A stretch of DNA of 63,987 nt, the filler included, from Atractiella rhizophila (lineage: Eukaryota): the NCBI GenBank assembly GCA_021432655.1. It is 5 parts of 4 records of this genome, joined end to end, with 100 filler letters (N's around TTAATTAATTAA, not from the genome) between each part and the next. Parts side by side here need not be neighbours in the genome. Positions count along the whole stretch, not along the records: positions 30,924 to 43,532 come from MU271277.1; positions 43,633 to 60,349 come from MU271277.1; 3 more parts are not named here. The stretch is one strand, 5' to 3'. The notes under the pieces were generated by a model. The model searched no databases. It worked only from the letters and a program-made list of their open reading frames with translations, and had not been told where the DNA came from. The position numbers and the translations under genes were made by a program. Positions 39,947-50,745 of this stretch are shown in pieces. Position 1 is the first letter of the stretch, and every line of letters starts with the position of its first letter.

Positions 39947-42132
39947 TTTAGTATATGTCCTTTCACACCACCTTATGCTCGCTAACATCATTTAGGAGAA
40001 TGCAAGCAATGCTGTCATCTGGAGCAAATACTGGATGTCTGGTTCATGCCTTTTAGGATGAGTGATGAAGTAATGTTACCTGCTCCTCGGCACTCTGCCA
40101 TTTCAAGGAGTTTTTGACAAAATATATGTTTGTATGCTTGGCATTGCTAAAACAACAAATACCTTGCACCAAACAATTCTGAAATCATTTTATAGCCTCT
40201 ACTATTATTCCTCTGGAATGGCACTGTTCTATCAGTCCAGCACTGCAACCAGTACAGTATATGGGTATGGCCGTAAAAATACTGGCAGTATCCACCATTT
40301 CCAATGCGGTAGGCATATGGACAACCTTATAACATCAGCTCAGTCTCTTAATACTGGTGCCGTATATGTGGTAATGGAATATCATATATTTCAAGCTTCC
40401 GAGAACCCACCCAAATTACCATTTCTTTGGCTTCTTGACACCTCACATCTGCCATGCCTTTGACATCATGGTTTCAGCAAGGGTGGATGTGTTAGGGCTG
40501 ACACTATGTGGGGTCGCCGACGGGCGATGCGTCTGTATTGGAGGTAAACCTAAGAGAATAGTATGGCATGAGAAGACTAACCTGTAGTGGAGGTAAACCT
40601 AAGAGAATACTCTGAGGTCACCACCACTACATCTCGATGTATATTACATATGTAAAGGCACTGCCATAAACCATAACATATGTTGCTTGAAACGTGCAAG
40701 ATAGCTGGATCAGGAAAGTAATAAAGGGAATACTCGGAAATAAGATATACTGGGTAGTACTAGTGCGAAAGGACAATAAGGCGAAAATGGAGACGGTGCA
40801 GACCGGCGAAAATGTATAAGGTTTGCTAAGCGGCGATTCGTGTGAGAAATGGGAAAGCGGAACAGTGCAGACATATGCAGAGCGGCGATGGTAGGCACGT
40901 GATCTCATGACGTGGTGAAGTAGGTCACGTGACTTCAAATGGTGCATTTCGGTAATGCGTAGGGGCAAGCCTGACATGTGTTTGACACAGCGAAAAAACA
41001 GATGCTGGAAAGTGAGAGTTTTTTGGATGCTTGGACGTTGGCTGAGTGCAGAGCCTCGTGGCTGATCATAAGGCAACTTTAAAAAAGTGAAAGTGCCATC
41101 CAGAAAAAGTGATGGCGTTTTTGAACAGGCCTACTAGGTGGGAGTGTAGGGTGAGAATTGGCAAATTAAGGTGAACAAGGGAGTTGTACATGGGGCCTGG
41201 GGCCTGAGATGGCATCGTAGAAGCTAAGAATGTGTTTGCAAGACTTCTTGAGCTCATAGAACGTCTGGAAGGCTTGGGATGGAAAACGGACCACTCACTG
41301 ACCATTCAGCCCTGCCTGCTTCCAGCCTATTCCAGCCGTTTCATCCGTCAGAACCGTCTTCAGAAGGATGTTGGCAGCAGACAGATGGGATTCTGCCATC
41401 CGTTTTCCCCATCCATCTCAGGAGTTGAAAGTCTGCGACGGTGATGGGACGGTTTGGCTACAAAAGCTGTCTGCCCCGGTACAAAGCCCTATATAGCTTA
41501 CAGCAGTGGCAACTGGAAAGCAGTAGAACATTCCAGAAAACTAAGGAACTTTTGCCGCCGAGTGGCTCGAAACTAGACTGCAAAATCTGACAGTTTCATT
41601 GGCCAATGCGCTTACTTCTTCGTGGACACCGTTCAAAACATGTTTTTACGGTCACAATCTCACTCTCAGATGTACACTGTGAGCTGGATCCCANNNNNNN
41701 NNTGGAATGCAATGGAAAAACATACCTGGATCCCAGTGAAGTGTGAGATGGTGGAAAAACCGCTGGGGATCCAGGTGTCCAAGAGACAAACAAAAGCAAG
41801 CACACTGGTCACATGCTAGTAACGTGACTGTGGCTAAGAAAGACAGGGATGTGCGACGTGGGCTGAGAGACAACGAGCATCCAGCTCTCAGACATGATGA
41901 GGAAGTTCATGAAAAGATAACGGTGGTGCAATTGTTCCTCTCAACAGATACCCCTTGCAACACTGGCCAAGGATACTGCAGTTCTTGCATGCCTTCCTTT
42001 TGGAGCTCTTTACCGACATACGGTTCGTCTATCTTATTCTGTCGCTGCTATGAGCAGAGATTGATTTAAGATTGCGAGGACGCAGGCTTCCTCGTAACCA
42101 TCGTCTACTGGACCATACTCTCCGACAACTCT

Positions 42133-42716
42133 TGGTTTCAGTCATAGAGAAAGAGTTCAAAGTACCCTCGATGTCTCGATGTGATTATACATTTTCAATC
42201 CACCATTTCGAGTGAATTCGGTACTCTACAAAGTGACAAACCGTTCTCAGTTTGTGAGTTCAAGGTGATCGGTACATACCCTCGATTCATACACATGATG
42301 ATGGCGATGGATCATTCTCCGTTCCACAGCTGGTCGTGGACGTTAAGTGAGTACTAGGAACAACCGTCAACGGACTGTAGACAGCTACGAATGGTATGAA
42401 ATAGGAAGACTGACCACTACTCCTTGACCTCGTTGAGCACGCGGATCACCTTCTCTCCCATCTCTCTCACCATCCTCCTCTCTTCCTCTATCCTCTCCTC
42501 CTCTGTCCTCTCCTCCTCTATCCTCTTCCTCTCTCCATCCTCCTTTTCCTCAGCTTCCTCCATCTCCTCATCCACGTCTTCATCCTCCTGTCTCACATCT
42601 CCCTCTTCTTTCCTACCGTCTTCCTTCATGACCACGACAGAGGGACTCGGATGCGTGCTGGAGAGACAGGGAGCGCCGATGCGAGCTACGATACGTGCAA
42701 ATCGATCGGGGTGATA
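42133..42716. repeat. Right direct repeat (3' end and downstream region of the intact gene)
   Basis: Colinear match to 31481-32037. Confidence 0.9.
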
Positions 42717-43472
42717 AGTCCTCCTGGCCTCTCTCAAGACACGCTTCCTCTCCTCCTTCCCCAGCCCATGAAACAGAAAGTGGGATATGTTGACTCGTGT
42801 GAGCGAGGAGAGGGTTGGGGGAAGAGAGAAGGTGATAGGCCACGGCACATCTTCTGGAAGCAAGGGCTTTGATGAAGTCGAAGACGAAGTGACCAGTAGA
42901 GAAGCCCAAGACGCGGCATAGGAAGCTCTCTCCTTCTTCAAGTCATCAAACATCTCCTCCATCTCCTCCCTCCTCCTCTCTTCCTCTCTCTTCCTCTTCC
43001 TCTCCTCCCTCGCCCCCCTCTCCTTCCTCTCCCTCTCCTCCCTCTCCTCCTCCATAACCCTCCTCCTCCTCGCCTCCTCCTCCCTAACCCTCCACCGCTC
43101 CTCCATCCTCCTCCTCCTCTCCCTCTCCCCCTTCCCTCCCCTCCCTCCCAACTCAACCTCCAAAAGCCCCTCGACAAACCGCCTCCTCTCACTCTCCTCG
43201 TAAAACATCTCCTCCAACATACCCTCCTCCGCCTCTCCTTCCACCATCTCCTCTTCTCTCTCCCGTTGGTTCACCTCGAATGATGCAGGGAGGGACAAAT
43301 CGTGCCCTCGTGTAGCGGAGAACGCGTGCGGGCCGCGGGGGACGAAGGTGTAGGAGTGGGTGTTGGAGTGGTTTGCACGTGCACGGCGATGTGAGGATGA
43401 GGACGAGGATGATGCGGAGGGAGCTTTCTTCATTCGGAGACGCCCGGGACGAGGGAGGGAGTCAGCGTCCAT
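42417..43472 (-). CDS. Hypothetical charged coiled-coil protein with an NFKBIL1-like C-terminal (V/I)PWP...HPD(K/R)F domain
   Basis: 351-aa ORF with an E/R-rich middle, DVPWP and VLREARRTYHPDRF. Confidence 0.65.
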   Translation of the reverse strand: MDADSLPRPGRLRMKKAPSASSSSSSSHRRARANHSNTHSYTFVPRGPHAFSATRGHDLSLPASFEVNQREREEEMVEGEAEEGMLEEMFYEESERRRFVEGLLEVELGGRGGKGERERRRRMEERWRVREEEARRRRVMEEEREERERKERGAREERKRKREEERRREEMEEMFDDLKKERASYAASWASLLVTSSSTSSKPLLPEDVPWPITFSLPPTLSSLTRVNISHFLFHGLGKEERKRVLREARRTYHPDRFARIVARIGAPCLSSTHPSPSVVVMKEDGRKEEGDVRQEDEDVDEEMEEAEEKEDGERKRIEEERTEEERIEEERRMVREMGEKVIRVLNEVKE

Positions 43473-43532
43473 CGTTGTTGTTGCCGTTTAGTTCTAGTGG
43501 CCTGTTCCTGGTAAAGTAACGTAAGTCGTGGT

Positions 43533-43632
43533 NNNNNNNNNNNNNNNNNNNNNNNNNNNNNNNNNNNNNNNNNNNNTTAATTAATTAANNNNNNNNNNNN
43601 NNNNNNNNNNNNNNNNNNNNNNNNNNNNNNNN
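43533..43632. other. Artificial contig spacer
   Basis: N-run with TTAATTAATTAA. Confidence 0.95.
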
Positions 43633-44970
43633 CACCTCATCCAGAAACCACAGTGGGAGCGGCAGAAGTCGACCAGCTTATAGCCAGCAGCGGAGGAGAA
43701 GTCCCCTCGATAGTGGTCGCCCTCCTCGACATCACTAGTCAGTCTAATGTAGGTGTCGCTTCCTTCCATTGCGCGGACGTCGACGATCAGGACTTCGTTC
43801 GGTACAACTTAGACAACACCACCTGTATGACCACCGGCTTAATCTTCTTTTCTTCAGATAGAACTTTATTCAGTTACTGATAACTATGCGTACGTGTCTC
43901 AAGAGCTCCATGCTGATGGCCAACCACGTCGACCCATGAATGCTTTTATGGTTTGTCGGTTCAATTACTCCTTAACATCCATATTGATACACCATGACAG
44001 ATCTTCGCACGACATCGACGACCTACCATCCAGAAACGAGAGCCGGGACTGAAGACGGGCGAGATTAGCAAACGTTTGAGCGCAGAATGGAAGAGTATGA
44101 CGGATGTACGTCCTCCCTCTCGATCTAATTCCTCAACTCATTGTTCAACAGACCGATAAGCGCTTTTACCTCGAGCAAGCGAAGCGCCTCAAAGATAATT
44201 TCCATGAGAAGTATCCTGACTACGTCTACCGACGCAAAGCAGGCAAGCCTAAGAGGAAGAGGGGTGGAAGTCAAGGAGATCCTTCGAGCCCTGAAACCGG
44301 CAATGCCCCTGATGGCGATCTATCTCCCGTCTTGGGTCCCAAGCATGATCAGCGATCTGATATGTCAAATCTCCTCCAACCGGCCTCTGGCTATCACAAT
44401 CCCATCACTTCCTACAATACGGGGGACGCTCTGCGGTCTGGACTCAACTCAGCACCGTACCGCTCTTACGCATACCCGTATCCATCCTGGTCATCAGGTG
44501 CTCCTACCGCCTATGGCTCAGGTTACCGCCCGAACGCCTACTCGAGTTCGACGATGTCGCCGTTCTCCAGCCAATCTACTACATCAGGATCGTCATTCCC
44601 ATCCATGGAGTCGCACTCGCTCGGTGCAAGTCCAGCCAGTTCGACCTACCATGCTGGGTTCTCGACCTCGCCTTCAGTGGGATACGGCAGTGGTTCCCAC
44701 CAAAACACTTCAGGTTCTGGAGGATATAATACACAGCCTCCTACCACCACTGCCGCGTATCCAACTTCTCAGTATTATCCAACTTATCCTTACGGCACGG
44801 GCACGGGCTCTTCGTATCCATCAAATTATCAACCATCTGCAGGTCCTCAGTCGTCGAACCAACCGCAATACAGGAGCTCTTACGGTTCGTCGTCCAGCTT
44901 CTCATCCAACTATCCCCCTTCTCGTCAACCTGCAACGGACAAGAAAGAAAAAGAGACAAAACCGAATTGA
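43633..44970 (+). CDS. Sequence-specific HMG-box (SOX/MATA_HMG type) transcription factor, 5' partial, multi-exon
   Basis: Spliced PRRPMNAFM|IFARHRRPTIQKREPGLKTGEISKRLSAEWKSMTD|TDKRFYLEQAKRLKDNFHEKYPDYVYRRK, followed by an S/Y/P/G-rich tail. Confidence 0.9.
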
Positions 44971-45277
44971 GGTCGCTCTTCGAACCGAGCGACTTGTGGA
45001 AGTCTCAAATGCCATAGTATCAGTGCCTTTACTTATCCTCTACCCTTGTCTCGTCTCTTCAATCGTGCTTCGCTTTGCTTCCTTTGGGTATTAAGTGGTC
45101 AGTGGTTCATGTTCAATTTGCGTGTCAGTGCAAGTGGTAGCGCAGCTGTCTATCAAATTAAGTCATGTCTTCCGTCTCAGTTCTCAACAATGGCTTGTTG
45201 TATCGGTCTCAATGATTTGAAATTATGCAGTACTGTGGAATGAATCTTAGGCGTACAAAATGGTTCCAAACTGCATT

Positions 45278-47648
45278 TCACGAGGGTAAAGGTATCGAAA
45301 CCGTGAAGAAATCACGAGTAGTGATAGCCTCACCACCTCCCCATGCAACGCTCGCTTGTCTAGCAATTTCCTTTGAAATGTCGTCATCCTCCTCTTCGCT
45401 ATCCAGTTTGTACCGCGGAGAAAGATGGTTCAACAGCAGCATTTTGGCGTCGATAGCTTTCGCCAGAGCACCAGCAACCTCTGGAGTCGAATGTCCGTGA
45501 TCCTTAGCCTTCTTCCTGACCTCCTCTGCATTGGTATCGACGTCCAAACGGGGTATGTAGGCATTAGTGCACTCGTGCACGAGGACAGAACTGTCATGAG
45601 CGATAGACACGATGTTGTTCGCATCGAACGTATCTCCCAAGATCGTCAGCTTGCGTCCAGGTCTATCTAGCGCAGGTGGTTGAAGCACGGTGCCGTCTGG
45701 GAGTTCTATCGGTATGCGATCCCTTTGAAGTTGACCTAGCAGGATGAGAGGGTTTTTGATCCCCTTCTGTTCCAACAAGGCATTCCTGTTCCTCTCAAGT
45801 ACAGGCTTGAGGGAGTCAATATCGAATTTTTGACGACGCGGTGCTTCTTTCACCACATATCCAACGCAAGGAACTAGCATTGCTATGTCAGCGGTAGTTG
45901 GCGAGAGGGGGAGGAAGAATCGATTACCACGGTGTAAAATTGTGCCAGCATCAACGGACAAAGTCTCATCGATACAAATGTCACGCCAAATCCGTCCATC
46001 AGGATCGGAACACTCGATATTCTCTCCTCTGACCTCATTATACACCAGGCTATCAGGATGACCCAGCGCCTCCAGTTCACCCGCTCGAAAGTTCTTGTGT
46101 CGAACATGCCTCGAATGTAGCTCATTCACCTGGAATCGACATTCCGGAAAATTCCAAGTGAGGCGGAAAGTGAGTCGAAGAAGCGCTCGTAAGCCTGGAA
46201 GACCGTATATTTGCACAGTTGGGACTTCCCCATCAGCGTTCTCGGGTTTTGGAATCGAGAGGAGGAGCGGTGCCTTCATATGAAAGCCTGAGCTTGAATG
46301 AACTTCGAGAACCCAGCCGGAGGGGACTTACCAGTCCTAAGACGTGATCACCTGGAAGTTATTGTCAGTAAATGTTGGCGAGCTTTGATACAGGTGCTCC
46401 TGAAAAACAGACATGCTCAACATTTCTAACCTAATACGGAAATATGTCCAGTTCAAAGAGAGAGAGCACAAGCCATTGATGAAGATCCAAATCCTTCAAA
46501 TCGATTTCATAACCCGTCTGGTTAGCAATGGTGAGGAGACAACAGGTAAAATAGCAACGGTTGCATAGAAAGCGTGTTTCCTCTCATCGAGGTTAAAAAC
46601 CGTCACTTCCTGCTCAAGATGGACAAAAAGTATTTCTTTGTCCTTAAGACCCCTCATTTTTTCCTCAAGATAAAGAAAGAGTGCTTCTATCTACGTCACG
46701 TGGACAAAGATTGGTTTTCTCTCCTCAAAGACACACAAAAAGCGGCTTATTTCTCATCAAATCAGAGAAAGCGTTTCTGTTTTCTCGACATTGGAAGAAA
46801 TTGTGAAGACAAAAACTGAGCTCGCTCATGGCGTACGGCATTTCTATGGCCAAAGCATGATCGGAATCAATTGGATTGAGCTAAGTGGGAAAGCAGACAC
46901 AGCTGGAAAGGAGCGATAAGAATGTTCGATGCTCTCTCGCATGGCACACTTGGGCATTGGTATTTTTTTTTATCCTCACTGTTTCCACTTTTGCTGTTTT
47001 CGTGCTGAGATTGATCTCGATGGTGCAAGTCTCGTTGTGAGATAATGCAGCGCAGGTGCATACATCCCGTTTTAATTTCGAAGCGGAAATGTGTGCACTA
47101 ACAATCCCAAAGAAGGCACATCGAAGGGGAGCAAGCAGATTCCCACAAATGGCCACGCATTGAAACAGAACATTCCTCACTCCTTCAGACCATCCGACTT
47201 CAATACTGCAAAAGGAAAAGGACTAACCATGCAAATGACTAACAAACACCTTCCTCACCGCTCCCAGCCTAACCTGAGCCTCTCCTCTGCTCCTCATAAA
47301 CTGCCTCTGACTCCCCTCCCCAACATCAAACACCCAAGCCTTCCCAGCCGCCTTCATCACCAAACACGACACATTCCTCTGCACAGAAGGTTTTCCCGCC
47401 GAGGTCCCAAGGAAGGAGAGGGTGAGGGAGTCTATCGGTTGCGCTTCCTTCTCTTTCTTCGATCTCGATTTGCTCGCGCTCGAGGTCGTGGTTGATGTCG
47501 TGGTGGAGGTGCTTGGGGAGGCAGGGAGCAGACGCGTCCTCTTTTGGGGGGATAGAGATGGTGGAGAAGGCCGTTTGGCGGGCTGTGACGACATTTTCAT
47601 AAAATCTTTGAGGGGAATCGCCTTTCGAAGGCAGAGTGTAAGACGCAT
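45278..47648 (-). CDS. tRNase Z (short-form metallo-beta-lactamase), multi-exon with an 876-nt intron
   Basis: FLGTSAGKPSVQRNVS, FDVGEG, spliced SHLHG|DHVLGL (HxHxDH), PCVGY, ILGDT, LVHECT, HGHST and LNHLSPRY. Alternative starts at 47600 and 47594. Confidence 0.9.
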
Positions 47649-47667
47649 CGAGGGACTTCTGCTTTAC

Positions 47668-47677
47668 ATCACGTGAT
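47668..47677. promoter_or_regulatory. Palindromic E-box ATCACGTGAT in the short divergent promoter of RNase Z and TFB4
   Basis: Perfect 10-bp palindrome between two head-to-head starts. Its function is inferred only. Confidence 0.4.
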
Positions 47678-47732
47678 CACACAAATTGCACAAGACGCGT
47701 CAAAATCGTCAGGAACTCTTTTTGAAGGAAGG

Positions 47733-49733
47733 ATGGCATCAGACTCACCCTCCCATCTGACCATCATCGTACGTGTACACTTCTTATCCTATGGTTACTG
47801 CTAACCAGAAAGATCCAAAGCTAGACCTCCACCCGCCGTCCTGGTCGCTCTCCCCACTCACCCTCCCACTCGCCCTCCGCTCCCTCCTTGCATTCTCCAA
47901 CGCCCACCTCTCCCTCCACCACACCAACTCACTCTCCTTCTACGGCGCCACTTCTCGCTCGTCCGACCTGCTCTACTCCACTGCCGTCGGTGTGCACGTG
48001 AAGCCAGTGGATGTGGTTGAGGAGGATAGGATGGACGTAGACGGAGAGGTGGTTGTGGATAATGAGGAGGGTGAAGATGAGGGAAATGAATATCGCCCTT
48101 TCAAGGTGATGGATAGGGCGGTATCGAAGGCAGTCGCACGGTTGATGAGAGAAATGGAACTGCCAGAGGAGGGAGATCCTTGTACGTCTACTTTTCATAA
48201 TTCCATGCTGTATTTGTGCCATTCTCCTATACAGAATGTCTCCGTCACATCGTGAAGGTGCTCTATGCTTCCTCTTATTACCAACCGTTCCTCCAATGTC
48301 GTGTCGTGTTCCATATTAGAATCAGGGTTTAGATGTTCCTACGCGAACTGTATCTAAACTGCTCCTCGCAAAAGCTTCTCAGTTTTCTGATTTGCTGCTC
48401 GATTCTCTCCCTTTGTGGCGATGATTTAATATTCTTGCAATCTCACTTGCCCGCAGACTTCAGAAGTGACCACTGTCGATTTTCAAGAGCAGACAATGTT
48501 TTGGTTGCCTAGTAGTAGTGAAGAGTTAGGATCAAGAAGTCCTATCTAGAATACCAAATCAACTCGTCTCCAACTCCTTCATTTTTAACTCCTACTCCTT
48601 CTTTCCCTACTTCTTGATATAAACCAACATCCTAATAGCGTCGGCGGGACACCTCATGATATGATGACTGCACCAATTGTTTTTTCTGTTCGTCTACCTA
48701 AATGCGAATGACATTAAGAAAGCCCACGAACAACGGGTTTCAGAAGATACGCCTCCACTTTGCGCGTTGAAGCACACTGACCGACAATCCCTTCTCTCCT
48801 TCTGGGAACAGTGAAGCCTATTGACCTAGTTGGCGCACTCGGAAAAGCGTTATGTCACCACAACCGGCTGTCCTCCACCAACAGTACCTCTTCATCTGCC
48901 GCTCGACGTACAGACGAGAATGGGAACGGGAATGGGACGGCTGCTGGAGCAGGAGGCGGCGCGGGAGCGAGTGCTGGAGGAGGTGGCGCAGGAGGGGGGA
49001 ACAGTGGACGGATCCTCATTGTTTCGTGTTCGCCGGATAGAGTACTTTGTAGGGATTATACGAGGTTTATGGCTTGCATTTTTAGCGCGCAGAAGTCGGT
49101 ATGTTTTTTCCATGTCTCTTTTTTCGCTCCTTTGGGCTGATCGGCCTCCTGGTGGTGGTATAGGGAATATTGATCGATTCTCTCCTCCTCTCTGCAAACA
49201 TGGAAGATTCAACCTACCTCCAACAATCGTCTCACCTCACAGGAGGAGCCTACAACCTCCTCTCCTCACCAGAAGGATTACTACAATACCTACTAGTCAG
49301 TCTCCTAACCTGTGCTGTTCTGTTGGTGTTGGAAACGGAGGCTGAAGCTCGGACAGATGATCGCCCTCCCACCAACGCACCTCCGCTCTTCCCTCAACCT
49401 CCCAGCCCAAGACTCAGTCGACCTTCGACCTACATGCTTCTGTCACCCTGGCCGAAAAGTGGAAGTGGGGTACGTGTGCAGCGTCTGTCTATCCAGTGCG
49501 TATCCGTTCCACATAGTACTTGCTACGCGGCGAACCAGCTTAACTCGTTAGGATGAATTGATGGAACAGTTTTCTGCTCACCTAAACCGGTATGCGCGAC
49601 TTGTAAGACAAAGTTCCCGCTGTCGACACTCGAGAGGTTCGGGTTCAAGTTACCAAAGCCACCGGCGAAGAGGGGAGGAAAGGCAGGCGCGGTGTCAAGG
49701 AGCGCGAGTGGGACGCCAGCGCCTAGGGCTTGA
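47733..49733 (+). CDS. TFB4: TFIIH subunit Tfb4/p34, multi-exon with a 630-nt intron
   Basis: AFSNAHLSLHHTN, GALGKALCHHNR, FMACIFSAQK, YLQQSSHLTGGAY and VDLRPTCFCH...GYVCSVCLSIFC...CATC. Confidence 0.93.
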
Positions 49734-50745
49734 CATGATTTTGACTGTCAGCCTCGTTGGGGTGACAGGTGGGAGGTGTGAATGAAAGGGAACGTCAGTG
49801 TTAATAGCTTTATAGCGTTACCCCGTTCTCATATTATGCAAGTTTGCTGGGTGGAACATCCAAATGGTCATTGAGCCTGACCCGTGTAGTGCACTGACAC
49901 AACAAGATGCAACTTTGACTCAAAGTCCTGATGGTGGGAAGGGACTGATGACTCACAAGGACTAAATTTTCTCAAACGCTGAGGAAACGGAAACGACGAA
50001 GTCGGGAACCACATCTTTTGACGACAATGGAAGGGACGCTTGTGAAGAACAGAATGGGACATAGCAGTAATAGACGGATAGAATTGGAAAGAGGCCAAGC
50101 TGTAGAACTAGTAGTGGGGCCGTGTCAGGTAAGTCAAGTTGTCGCTCCAGGAGGACACGAAGGGAACGGAGCCTCGCGTTCTTGGGAGGCGTTCTGGACA
50201 GCTTTGAGGGGTGCTTCTCACGACAGAAATGTCTGAAAGTGATATCTGTTAATCAGAGAAAAACAAAAGTCAAGTCTGCGATAATAATTAGTCGGTGGTC
50301 TCCGCTTGTTCCAGAGAGCATCGATCAGTCGTCTATCGCCATATCGAGTTTATCCTTGGTACGACCTCCGGAAGCATCCTACTTCCCTAGGTCTCATGTT
50401 GGATATCACATCTCCAGCACCATCTCAGGACAACTCGATGATTTTCCCAGGATATATGTGCCGACAATCCGTGAATATAGCGTCTTTGACCACAGATTGG
50501 CAACATAAAGATCAAAGCAAATCGTTCACTTCAATAAACGTCAGAAGAAAAAAGAAGAGGCTTTTCATAGAGGGACCTTTTGTCTTCTAACGAGTTGCTC
50601 ACATGTGGCTGCTACAGATGTCTAATTCGTCAACAGTGCACCGAAGGAGAATTGGATGCAGACGGAGATGACAGTGGTAAGACGTGAGATGATTCTGTAT
50701 TAATACATTTCGAATTTGCAATAATTAATGATGCTCGTCGCCAAA

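Noticed and set aside
43633..44970. HMG-box gene as a mating-type locus or as linked to the NLR island
   Set aside because: It is separated by an artificial contig join, and no other mating-type genes are visible.
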